Assembly (NCBI GenBank): GCA_964016885.1
Contig: OZ024740.1
Location: 398,474,001-398,538,000 of the forward strand
Origin: Eledone cirrhosa
Lineage: Eukaryota
Direction: 5' to 3'
DNA length: 64,000 bases
The translations under genes and the position numbers were made by a program. Of the stretch, positions 1 to 15,551 are shown piece by piece. Numbering within the stretch: the stretch's first letter is position 1; each line of letters opens with the position of its first letter. Below the pieces are notes generated by a model. That model saw only the letters and a list, made by a program, of their open reading frames with translations. It had not been told where the DNA came from and did not search any database.

Positions 1-14
1 ATATATATATATAT

Positions 15-79
<65 letters not shown>

Positions 80-598
80 CATACATACATTCACACAATC
101 AAACATATATACACACGTACATGCATACACATACATAAATGCACTCCTCTACATATTCACACACGCAAACAAATATAGGAAAAAAATATATATATATATA
201 TTATAAAAACATTGAGACCGCTACATAAGGCAGCAAACTGGACAGACAAGCGTGGTAAGAAACACACACAAAAGCACATATACATACGCACGAAATAGTC
301 AACGCATTCACACACTCTCACACATAAAAAAAATTTCAAATACAAATACAAAAACGCATACATACGCATACATGCAAAACCACGCACAAGTGTACAATCT
401 ATACACACACACACGTGTATACAACTATATGCACACACACACATATATGCATACATATACACACATATATATATACATAAATACAAACGTACACACACAC
501 ATATATATACACGTACACATGTACACACATATACATACATAGCTAAACAATTATACACATACAAATACGTATATATCATAAACACGCACAACAGAACA

Positions 599-650
<52 letters not shown>

Positions 651-701
651 CATATACAATTATCAATATATACACACGCACATATGTACACACACACATA
701 T

Positions 702-776
<75 letters not shown>

Positions 777-944
777 TGCATATACACATATACACACATA
801 CACACAACCACGCACACACACATGCATACGCATACACACACGTATATGCGTGTGTGTATGTAAAACTCAATCTTAGATAAATCATAAGGACCTTACACAT
901 ACGTATATATAGTAGTAAAGTATTAAAGCAACATAAGGCAATTA

Positions 945-1005
945 TTCCATTTACCAAGGGTTTCTTAACAGCAAAAAAATTTTTCCTACAATCTTCAGGA
1001 TGAGA
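945..1005 (-). ncRNA. Hammerhead ribozyme downstream of the PLE EN fragment
   Basis: Minus strand TCATC-CTGAAGA-TTGTAG..GTTAA-GAAA-CCCTTGG-TA-AATGGAA; homologous to 2726-2785. Confidence 0.65.
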
Positions 1006-1157
1006 GAAACCTGGCTTATCCACACATACACATATATACACACACACACAAATACACACACATATAAATACATACACACAGGCACACATACACATACGTA
1101 TAAACATATATACATACACACATACACATACACACACATATCTATATGTATATATAT

Positions 1158-1214
<57 letters not shown>

Positions 1215-1413
1215 AATATACATACACACACACATAGGTATGTGGAGGGCAAGGCAAAAAGAATATATGTGGGGGGGGGGCGCATAGGAGAAGGTAAAAT
1301 ATAAGGGGCGGTAAGGGAGAAAAAAATATATAATAAATGTAAGTATACAAGAGTACAGAACGTAGAAACAGTAAAATAAAAGCCGTAGCAGAAGTAAAGA
1401 GCGGGAAAGGAGT

Positions 1414-1665
1414 TCAAGGCGGTTGATTTCTCATAGGAGTGTCAATCCAGTTACAGAGCAGGTGCGGTCTCAGATGAGGACAGCATCTGAAGATCTCAGT
1501 CTTTGAATTAAGGCAAGCGGAAGTGTCTCTCAAGTTTAGCAAAATCCTATACTTTTCTGTGGTACAAAAAGAACAATTCTTTGTGCCCCTTTGGTACTCC
1601 CTCGAATGGTCTAATATAGACCAATCAATAGAGTACGGGATGTTACTATCCTTGAGTTCCCACAC
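1414..1665 (-). pseudogene. PLE GIY-YIG endonuclease C-terminal fragment
   Basis: WELKDSNIPYSIDWSI..CSFCTTEK..CLNSKTEIFRCCPH aligns by eye with the end of the 39224-40384 ORF. Confidence 0.85.
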
Positions 1666-1743
1666 CTTGTGTACGTATGTGTATGCGTGTACGCACGCGC
1701 ATATATATATATATATATGTATGTATATATATGCGTGTATATA

Positions 1744-1774
<31 letters not shown>

Positions 1775-1861
1775 GTATATATGCATGTGTGTGTGTGTGT
1801 ATGTGTGTGTGTGTATGTGTGTGTGTATATATATATATGTATGCGTGTGTGTGTGTAGATA

Positions 1862-1951
<90 letters not shown>

Positions 1952-2281
1952 AATGTTTGTATATGTTTGTTCTTAGAGGAACAAAGGCAGACAGATTTCT
2001 GTATTCAGATTGGAGCCAATCCTTATCATTAGGTTTCTCTTTAGCTTACAGGTGTCTGTAAGATCAGTATGGGGTCAGTCATGGTAGATAGATTTGGAGG
2101 AAGGGGAGATTCCTTAAAAGCTAAATTCTTAAAGGTTCTAGTAAATTGACGAAGGTTTAGGGAATTCTGTAGACATTTTCTAAGTATAATCTAATTCACG
2201 AGACACTTGCACGCACACACATGTGTATGGGGGAAATATATTTATATTTGTATACGCGTGCGTGCGCGCATACACATGCGC

Positions 2282-2356
<75 letters not shown>

Positions 2357-2476
2357 TATACATATACAGATTCTCATCTATATTAAAACGTTCATGCTCT
2401 GCGGTGTACTGAGTGCCTTGCTTACTGTGGCTGCCTCCGATTCAACCCGGAATAACGTGTGTGTGTATGCGTGTGT

Positions 2477-2583
<107 letters not shown>

Positions 2584-2725
2584 TTTATGTTTTTTCGTGT
2601 ATGTGTGGTTGTATGTGTAGTCTTATTTTATTTTTCCTTTCCTTCTTCCTTCTCCAGCCTCACTTTCATATAGCTTGCTTTTTTTGTTTTTTTAAGATCC
2701 AAATTCAATAAACAAACCGGGATTT

Positions 2726-2785
2726 TTTCATTCTGAGGATTGAAAGCAAAACCTTTTGCTTTTAAGAAACCACTGGTAAATGGAA
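2726..2785 (+). ncRNA. Type I hammerhead ribozyme
   Basis: TTTCATT-CTGAGGA-TTGAAAGCAAA/TTTGCTTTTAA-GAAA-CCACTGG-TA-AATGGAA; all three stems pair. Confidence 0.85.
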
Positions 2786-3110
2786 TAATTGCCTTATGTT
2801 GTTTATTACATAATAATAATTAAGCTCTGTTGCTTACATAGAGCACTCTTTTTTCCTGGACTTTTCCGACGGAATTACTTCATTCACACATATATATATA
2901 TATATATAATTGTAATCTGAGTTTTTCGAATATTAATAACCCAAAAGCACACACTTCGTCCGATCCCATGTCGATTCAACTTGGATTGCTTCGGAAACAT
3001 AACCTTATTATGTAACAAGCTGTCTGATGATGTCACGACACTCGCACACATCTCAGAGGTTCTTTTTAGTTATTTCGTGGGCCGAAATGCGATTCTCGAT
3101 AATTTATATT

Positions 3111-3774
<664 letters not shown>

Positions 3775-4196
3775 CGTCTGTAGCTGTGTGAGAACGCTGT
3801 ATGGTATTTCAAGACCGTTAAGCCATCTTCTGTGACGCTTACTCACTTAGTACTGAGTTATATATTATAGAAGCTAAGAGTTTCTTATATATAGATTTTG
3901 AAAATAAAGCATTTTTAATAGTGGCTCATTTGCATGTTAAAAGCTTCATGGGGCAGAATGAATTTGCTGTAGAATTATCACAAAGTCTATAAATATGAAG
4001 CTGTTAGTTACTATATCCTATAGCGGGGAGTAAACTTTGTTGATGATGGGTTAATGATTCTAGAATACATGCACCACTTTCATATGGTTACTAATGTAGC
4101 TGTAATATGCCCACGGCTCAAAATACACCCAGTGATACTATTTATGTTTAGTATACATAAACGTATTTTATATCCATATACATATTCCCATATATA

Positions 4197-4252
<56 letters not shown>

Positions 4253-4256
<4 letters not shown>

Positions 4257-4508
4257 AAAAAAATTACGAAAATCTGCTTCGTAGAATCAAGACGTATCTG
4301 AGGACCTTGCAATTTTCAGAGTCAGGTTCGATCATCACATCGATCGTGCCTCGAGCTGGTCGCCAGAGAAACGACTGTAATATGTCCAATAAATTCCATT
4401 CGTCGCAACACTGATTCTCTTTTTTTCTGTGATATCATACTCTGCTCTATGAGAGCATCGAGTGCTCATACGGCCTACCGCATACGGACGCTTTAAGCAT
4501 CCAACACC

Positions 4509-4512
<4 letters not shown>
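4253..4512 (+). mobile_element. (TA)n-inserted element with hammerhead at 4291-4386 and short inverted stub
   Basis: GACGTAT-CTGAGGA..long stem II..GAAA-CGACTG-TA-ATATGTC; stub TCACAAAAAAA mirrors 4421-4434; tail ACTC(4439)..GAGT(4460). Confidence 0.7.
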
Positions 4513-4563
<51 letters not shown>

Positions 4564-4663
4564 TATATATGAAAGGGTGTGAGTGTGTATGCATGTTTAT
4601 TATACATAAACATATTTTATATCCATATACACTTCTGTATACATTCACTCATTCCTATATAAG

Positions 4664-4758
<95 letters not shown>

Positions 4759-4851
4759 GTGTGAGTGTGTATGCATGTTCATTAAACATAAATATATTTT
4801 ATGTTTCAATATACACCTCTGTATACATTCACTCATTCCCATATAAGTATA

Positions 4852-4882
<31 letters not shown>

Positions 4883-5031
4883 GTATATATATATAAGTGT
4901 GTGTGTGTGTGTGTATGAGGAGGTGTGAGTGTGTATGCATGTTTATTAAATATAAATATATTTTATTTCCATATACACCTCTGTATATATGTGCAAAGGA
5001 GATGTTTATAGTTCATACTTTAATCTCATCA

Positions 5032-5097
<66 letters not shown>

Positions 5098-5264
5098 TGT
5101 AGGTGTGTATATGTGGGTGTGTATGTGTGTAAATGTGGGTGTGTAGATCTGTTAATGTGGGTGTGTAGGATGTATGCATGCTTATTATATATAAACATAT
5201 TTTATATGTCTATTTATACGCCTCTATATACATTTACACATTCCCTTCTATATATATATATATT

Positions 5265-5297
<33 letters not shown>

Positions 5298-5488
5298 ATC
5301 TGTGTCTGTGTATACGGATATGTGTCAATATATACAAAGGCGTATATGGAAACAGGATATATATAAACATGTCAATTCATTACATGCAGAGAATAGTGTA
5401 TATTTTATCATAGGTGCGAATATTTGGATATATAAATAAATATACACGGTTGCGCACACACAAACAGAAACAGGCGCACACACACTTC

Positions 5489-5547
<59 letters not shown>

Positions 5548-5663
5548 CCATCCCACTCTCACCAAGCGTGAAACTAATAATATTTGTAACATTTACTGTT
5601 TTTTATTTCCCTTCTTCCGAACTATATATATATACTTATACATACATATATATATATATACTT

Positions 5664-5786
<123 letters not shown>

Positions 5787-5815
5787 CATATATATATACA
5801 TATATATATATATTT

Positions 5816-6118
<303 letters not shown>

Positions 6119-6528
6119 ATGTATATATATATATATATTATTATTATATATATATATATATATATACACTTTTGAAATAAAATGCTAAAAAGAAACCTAA
6201 CTGTCGACCTAATAGTTGTCAGTGGGTGGTGCGTTAAGCTAGCGGAAGTATATGTGGGTGTGTTTCATCTGGAGTGGATGTCACTCCTTGCCAGTATTTT
6301 GTTGACTTGTGCACGCGTCACACAAAAACAAAAATTATCGATGTTAATAGAAGACAAGGCCAAAGATTTCATGACGTGATGCCACGTTCATTCCTGATTC
6401 GTAAATCGGTTTGCAATTGTTTTGAAATACCGGCTAGCCATTTCGAACTTATGCGCCAAACTGCGGAAATGATAAAGCTGGACCAAATTCAGGGTAAGTT
6501 AATTTACCTACCTAGAGAATTAAATAAT

Positions 6529-6625
<97 letters not shown>

Positions 6626-6690
6626 AAAAAGTATGACCCCGACATGTGTCGTGATTAAAATGATTGGAAATTTATACCATGCCTTCGGAT

Positions 6691-6748
<58 letters not shown>

Positions 6749-6771
6749 GTATATGTATATATATATATATT

Positions 6772-6802
<31 letters not shown>

Positions 6803-6824
6803 ATATATATACGTATATGTATAT

Positions 6825-6915
<91 letters not shown>

Positions 6916-6916
6916 G

Positions 6917-6950
<34 letters not shown>

Positions 6951-6967
6951 CGTATATGTATATATAT

Positions 6968-7003
<36 letters not shown>

Positions 7004-7012
7004 CGTATATGT

Positions 7013-7046
<34 letters not shown>

Positions 7047-7058
7047 CGTATATGTATA

Positions 7059-7114
<56 letters not shown>

Positions 7115-7164
7115 GTATATGTATATATATATATATAATATATATATATATATATACGTATATG

Positions 7165-7209
<45 letters not shown>

Positions 7210-7271
7210 CGTATATGTATATATATATATATATACGTATATGTATATATATTTATATATATTTATATATG

Positions 7272-7371
<100 letters not shown>

Positions 7372-7374
7372 TTA

Positions 7375-7405
<31 letters not shown>

Positions 7406-7456
7406 GTATTTATATATATATGTATATATATATATATATATATACATATATATATG

Positions 7457-7492
<36 letters not shown>

Positions 7493-7515
7493 CATATATA
7501 TTTATATATACATAT

Positions 7516-7559
<44 letters not shown>

Positions 7560-8078
7560 ACACACACACACACACATCTAATACATTACAACCGTAACCA
7601 TCTAGTCATTGAGATTGGATGTTGTTTGTTGTACGTCAAGTTACCTGACAAAAGTTCTCGTTGTCAACACAAGAAGGTCGAAGATTGAAAGAGATAAGGA
7701 TTCCGCGACAATAGCGGTGGTGGACGGGTCAGTCAACCTATGTAACAGGCGAACTTATGTTAAACGGTAGGTCCGTGACCGTCACACTCTAACAATTATG
7801 TTATATATATATATATCACATTAGATATATACATATATATTCACACACACACTCATATATGTATGTATCTTCTAGTTTTATAATTTCATAAATGTTTGCC
7901 AATAGAGAGAGATGGTTTCTAACATATATACAAGTCTGTCTCATTGAAATCTACACTACATCAACTAGGTAGATAAGTATGCATGCCTGCATGTGTGTAT
8001 GTATGTATGTATGTATGTATGTATGTATGTATGTATGTATGTATGTATGTATGTATGTATGTATGTAGGTAGGTAGGT

Positions 8079-8250
8079 ACCATGGGCCCAGCACTGTGTC
8101 AATAATTGTCACAAGTGTAGTGTTTGTACCAGAGTTTTCAAGTAGCTGGCTGGACTAAAAAGTCACACTCGTCAGCGCATCGGTAGGGTTTTCCCTACAT
8201 GGATATAAAGTGGTGGTCGTACTCGAAAACGAGTTGGCAGCCACCATGTA
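8079..8250 (+). mobile_element. 3' fragment of RTE-derived non-autonomous element in (TATG)n
   Basis: Reverse complement of about 17293-17465. Confidence 0.8.
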
Positions 8251-8393
8251 TGTATGTATAAATGCGTATTCACACGTATACATATATATTATATAATATA
8301 TATGTGTATATATATATATATATGTATAAAAAAAATATATATATATGTGTATATATATATTTATATATATAAATTTATATAGATGTATATTAG

Positions 8394-8487
<94 letters not shown>

Positions 8488-8524
8488 ATATATATATGTG
8501 TGTGTGTGTATATATATATGTATG

Positions 8525-8589
<65 letters not shown>

Positions 8590-8626
8590 ATATATATATG
8601 TGTGTGTGTGTATATATATATGTATG

Positions 8627-8715
<89 letters not shown>

Positions 8716-9081
8716 TTTAGATGAGTAGTTAGATTTTATCGAACCGGAAGTAATATTTTTTTTAATGCAACACCTGGTTATCAATTTATTTCTATCTTTT
8801 TTGCCTATTGAATCAAATTAAATATTTCAATTTCTATTTTGTATATATATCTATTCAACTATAATTGATTTCACGTATTTTGTATGTAGTTTGAGAGCAG
8901 TCTTAAAGTTTTGCAGGATCTCTGCATACTCGTTGCTTTTGTCATTGATATTAAACCAATCATGATAATATTTCTGGGTAATAAGAAGTGACATGTTATA
9001 ATAGTGTTATGATGGACATAATAAAGAGTTTAGATAAAACCTGTGGCAGGCTTGTACGAATATTAATGTGTACGAGTATCT

Positions 9082-9119
<38 letters not shown>

Positions 9120-9212
9120 TATATATATAATATATATATATATAATATATATATATATATATTAATATATATATAATATATATTAATGTATATATAATAT
9201 ATTATATATATT

Positions 9213-9258
<46 letters not shown>

Positions 9259-9336
9259 TATGTATATATATATATATATATAATATATATATATATATAA
9301 TATATATATGTATATATATATATATATATTATATAC

Positions 9337-9424
<88 letters not shown>

Positions 9425-9440
9425 ATATATATTATGTATA

Positions 9441-9534
<94 letters not shown>

Positions 9535-9538
<4 letters not shown>

Positions 9539-9885
9539 CCCGAGATCCATGGACGAGTTCTCTCCAGCGGTCTCTGTCCCTCATTATCACTGCCATGCCC
9601 TGCGTCTCCAACAGACCAGTGTCTGTCCTTAGGGCATCAACATACGTTAACCTTGGTCTTCCTCTTCCAGTGTGTCCATGTAGGGGCTCCCACAGGAGCA
9701 CTGAGTGCAATGTCAACTCTGGATGTCAGTGAGCATCTCCAGCAAACCTCAGTCTCCTCTGTGTTACTTTTGAGCTGACTTTTGGGAGGCTCCCATACAG
9801 TTCTGAGTTTTTCATCCTCAGTGTACACTGATTAATGTTCAGAGCCATCCTCAGCATTCTCGTATAGCACCCATCCACCATCTGA
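9535..9885 (-). mobile_element. RTE-clade LINE 3' fragment ending in (TA)n
   Basis: [48 protein letters not shown]; second copy at 58150-58282 (+). Confidence 0.8.
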
Positions 9886-10413
9886 TATTAACATTATATA
9901 TATATTAACATTATATATATAATGTATGTATATATATATGTATATATATTATGTACATATAAATATATATGTATATGTGTATGTGTGTGTCTGTGTGTGT
10001 GTCCATACTTATATTTATATATTCATATATATAATATATATAATATATATATATATGAATATATAAATATAAGTATGGACACACACACAGACACACACAT
10101 ACACATATACATATATATTTATATGTACATTATATATATAATGTTAATATATATATAATGTTAATATCAGATGGCGGATGGGTGCTACACGAGAATGCTG
10201 AGGATGGCTCTGAACATTAATCAGTATACACTGAGGATGAAAAGCTCAGAACTGTATGGGAGCCTATTTAGGGTTTGTATAAAAATATATATAACTGCAA
10301 AAGGTTTTTGTATTTACATAACCATAAATAGTATAATTAATACTATATATATATATATATATAATATATATATATGATATATATGATATATATGTATATG
10401 ATAAATACGTGTA

Positions 10414-10461
<48 letters not shown>

Positions 10462-10514
10462 TATATATATATATAATATATATATATATAATATATATAT
10501 ATTATATATAATAT

Positions 10515-10586
<72 letters not shown>

Positions 10587-10591
<5 letters not shown>

Positions 10592-11417
10592 TAATAAAAA
10601 ATAATGAATAAACAAAGAAACAGTTCCTTATATTAAAAAATTCATCATTTTACGATCGTTTCTAGGATATATATGTTAGTGTTGGTATGCATATCCTATA
10701 GATCTATGTAAAATTTTTACAAACTATCAGAAGGAATATACATACCTACACATATATATGCTGTCTTCAGAAATAATGATATTTGTTTATTGAAAAAAAC
10801 AACAAAGATTTAATATAATAGGTCCTATTATATTAAATCTTTGTTGGTTTTATTCAATGAACAAATATAATTATTTCTGAAGACAGCATATGACCTATTT
10901 TCATCCCTAAAATAATCTTTCATTCATAATATTCTTTCCATCCAAAACTGAAATCTACCTTCCTCTACCCCTAAATTAAGGTTCTTTTACTACTATTTTA
11001 CCATCTTGACCTTCACTATCTTTCTATTGGTCAATTCAAAACCTGTTCCCAAACGGACCTATTGTATTAAATCTTTGTTGGTTTTTTTCAATAAACAAAT
11101 ATCATTATTTCTGAAGACAGCATATATATGTGTAGGTATGTATATTCCTTCTGATAGTTTGTAAAAATTTTACATAGATCTATAGGATATGCATACCAAC
11201 ACTAACATATATATCCTAGAAACGATCGTAAAATGATGAATTGTTTAATATAAGGAACTGTTTCTTTGTTTATTCATTATTTTTATTAATTTATCTTGAC
11301 TTTGTTTTCCTGTATTTTTCATCCCAAAAAATTTTTTTAATACATCTTCTCTTTTCATGATATTCGGATTACATTGAGTTCTTCATACGGATTGGACACT
11401 TCCGTACATTTTGGTAG

Positions 11418-11423
<6 letters not shown>
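10587..11423 (+). mobile_element. Fold-back element with long-stem-II hammerheads (11102-11239 +; 10642-10779 -)
   Basis: About 235-bp inverted arms (10587-10825 and 11055-11294) plus tail; TCATTATTT-CTGAAGA..GAAA-CGATCG-TA-AAATGATGA. Confidence 0.8.
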
Positions 11424-11461
<38 letters not shown>

Positions 11462-11476
11462 TATATATATATATAT

Positions 11477-11527
<51 letters not shown>

Positions 11528-11531
<4 letters not shown>

Positions 11532-12517
11532 CAAGTTAATATAAATTAATATATGATAAACACTTACGTGTTTTTATTGCAATTGACAATAAATTAGCTA
11601 GAATGAAATATCTTAATTCAAATACATATAGTCTGCCTGTATCGATCTAAAAAATAATAAATCAATACTCACAAACACATATCGGCAAAAGGCCTTGATA
11701 CCTAGACAAGTTTAAATTTCAAAATTCAAACCTTTTCCGCAGATCAGTCCGAACTTCAAAATGTAAACATGTTTCACAAAGGATGGTATAATAGTGAAAT
11801 AATTAATTAATTGTGAAATAATTAATTTTCTGTGTTTATCAATAGGTACCCAGAAAAATTAAGTTACTTCACCTCGGAAAAATATCTAAGGTCTGGTTAG
11901 CATACGCGAAAATACACGAGGTTTTGCACACGAATTCTTCCAGCCCTCTAGCAATCTCATACTCATGGCGCTAGAAACAACAGCCGTTTATATGGGATTA
12001 CAAATTCAGCTCGACCGAGGGAGCAGTAATATAATATAATCGTGTGCAAAACCTCGTGTATTTTCGCGTATGCTAACCAGACCTTAGATATTTTTCCGAG
12101 GTGAAGTAACTTAATTTTTCTGGGTACCTATTGATAAACACAGAAAATTAATTATTTCACAATTAATTAATTATTTCACTATTATACCATCCTTTGTGAA
12201 ACATGTTTACATTTTGAAGTTCGGACTGATCTGCGGAAAAGGTTTGAATTTTGAAATTTAAACTTGTCTAGGTATCAAGGCCTTTTGCCGATATGTGTTT
12301 GTGAGTATTGATTTATTATTTTTTAGATCGATACAGGCAGACTATATGTATTTGAATTAAGATATTTCATTCTAGCTAATTTATTGTCAATTGCAATAAA
12401 AACACGTAAGTGTTTATCATATATTAATTTATATTAACTTCTATTGTACTGCTCAGAAATGCTTCTTTCTTAGAGCTAAAATAATTGTAAATGACCCCTT
12501 GAGTGTAAACTCTAAAT

Positions 12518-12518
<1 letters not shown>
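11528..12518 (+). mobile_element. Fold-back element (about 405-bp arms plus tail); relative at 54581-54930 (-)
   Basis: 11528-11933 is the reverse complement of 12040-12445; tail GCTC(12451)..GAGC(12473); flanked by (TA)n. Confidence 0.8.
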
Positions 12519-12554
<36 letters not shown>

Positions 12555-12640
12555 ATATATATAATATATATATGATATATATATTATATATATATATGAT
12601 ATATGTCTGCCTCTCTCTCTTTTGTTCCCGTCTAAATTTG

Positions 12641-12679
<39 letters not shown>

Positions 12680-12932
12680 ATATATAATATATATATGATA
12701 TTAATATATATATATATATGATATATATAATATATATATGATATTAATATATATATATATATGATATATATAATATATATATGATATTAATATATATATA
12801 TATATGATATATATAATATATATATGATATTAATATATATATATGATATATAATATATATATATATAATATTAATATATATATATGTGTGTGTGTGTATG
12901 ATATATATAATATTAATATATATATATATATT

Positions 12933-12963
<31 letters not shown>

Positions 12964-13350
12964 ATATAATATGATATATATATATAATATTTATATATAT
13001 ATAATATTAATATATATCATATATATATATATATATTATATTAATATATATATATATTAATATTATATATATATATATATGTATAAATATATATATTGAG
13101 GGCCGCCGACCGGGGTAGAAGCTGCTAAATGTTCGGTCGCCCTCATGTCTCTGATTTTCAGCCCCATGGATTTTGTCTATTATATTCCTTTGTTATATTT
13201 CGAATACCTGATGATGTCACCGGATTCTTACTTAACCCAGTCATTGAAATAATCAAGCCTCCTGTTATTTTATAATACATTAATATATATATAATATCAA
13301 TATATATATATATAATATTTATATATATATGTATACGTGTATATATATAT

Positions 13351-13434
<84 letters not shown>

Positions 13435-13504
13435 GTATATATTTATATATATATATAATATCAATATATATATATATAATATTTATATATATATATATAT
13501 ATAC

Positions 13505-13535
<31 letters not shown>

Positions 13536-13541
13536 CGTGTA

Positions 13542-13582
<41 letters not shown>

Positions 13583-13596
13583 GTATATATATATAT

Positions 13597-13722
<126 letters not shown>

Positions 13723-13778
13723 TATATATAATATATATATGTATATATATATATATAATATATATATATATATAAAAT

Positions 13779-13823
<45 letters not shown>

Positions 13824-13841
13824 TATATATAATATATATAT

Positions 13842-13983
<142 letters not shown>

Positions 13984-14029
13984 TTTTATATATATATATA
14001 TATATATTTTATATATATTTATATATATA

Positions 14030-14082
<53 letters not shown>

Positions 14083-14086
14083 ATAT

Positions 14087-14478
14087 GACAAGATTCAGGA
14101 CCCCGACAGCTGATTTCCGGCCGTTTCGACAGCTAGAGTTCTGATCTAGTAGTCGAAACGGCCGGAGCTCATCCGTAGGGGTCCTGAATTTTTTATATTA
14201 CCCACTCTACTACCCCAAGTATCGAGTACGCTGGTGGGGTATGGTCTACCTGGTTTTTCCCACACCCTATCTAATATTAATATATATATATATAGGAAAA
14301 TGTTTAACCCCGACGGCAGAGCTCAAGCCGTTTCGACGGCTATTTCTGGACTCTTCAGTCCAGAAATAGCCGTCGAAATGGCTTGAGCTCTGCCGTCGGG
14401 GTTAAACATTTTCCTATTACCCACTCTACTACCTTAAGTGCGTTATGGTCCATCTGGTTCCTTACCGCATCTAGTTCG

Positions 14479-14480
<2 letters not shown>
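14087..14480 (+). mobile_element. Two adjacent family B fold-back copies
   Basis: Palindromes centred near 14145 and 14355; the minus strand of the second keeps CTGAAGA..GAAA. Confidence 0.8.
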
Positions 14481-14523
<43 letters not shown>

Positions 14524-14645
14524 TACATAGATAGATAGATAGATATACAATCAAATAAGACAGTCACATAATCCAACCACATATATATCATAAATCTCTC
14601 TCTCTCTCTCCCTCTCTCTCTCACACTCACACACACTCTATCTCT

Positions 14646-14726
<81 letters not shown>

Positions 14727-14743
14727 ACACACACTCTATCTCT

Positions 14744-14784
<41 letters not shown>

Positions 14785-14801
14785 TCACACACACTCTATC
14801 A

Positions 14802-14916
<115 letters not shown>

Positions 14917-15029
14917 CATATAAATACATATACATATCTCTCTCTCTCTATATATATATATATACATACATACATATAAATACATATACATGTATAATAT
15001 ATATATATATATATATGACAGTCGATTGT

Positions 15030-15250
15030 GAAGGCGCGTGGCTGACTGGTAAGAAAATTGAACTCTCAATCGTGAGGTTGTGAGTTCGATTCCTAGACCA
15101 GGTGATGCGTTATGTCCTTGGGCAAGACACTTTATTTCACGTTGCTACTTCTACCTGGAGTTGCGACCGATAGATAGTATTAGCAATTGGAAAGACCAAC
15201 TGAAACATTGTTTCCTCGGTCCGATTTGACGAAAGTCAATCGACTGTCAT
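15030..15250 (+). mobile_element. tRNA-derived CORE-type SINE, short-tail family; copies 19835-20042, 23696-23917, 30770-30880 (-)
   Basis: A box TGGCTGACTGG, B box GTTCGATTCC, CORE-like TGTCCTTGGGCAAGACACTT, shared tail ..CCGATTTGACGAAAGTCGATCG. Confidence 0.8.
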
Positions 15251-15264
15251 ATATATATATATAC

Positions 15265-15320
<56 letters not shown>

Positions 15321-15370
15321 GTATATATATATACATATACATATATATGTACATACATATACATATATAC

Positions 15371-15402
<32 letters not shown>

Positions 15403-15551
15403 GTATATATATGTATATGTATATATATATACATGTACATATATATGTACATACATATATACATATACATATATATGTACATACATATACACATATATGT
15501 ACATACATATACACATATATATATATACATATATATATACATATACATGTA

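Noticed and set aside
2990-3100. CTGATGA..GAAA motifs here and at 13208-13270, 49300-49345 and 56583-56610
   Set aside because: Three stems could not be paired convincingly; at best decayed hammerheads.
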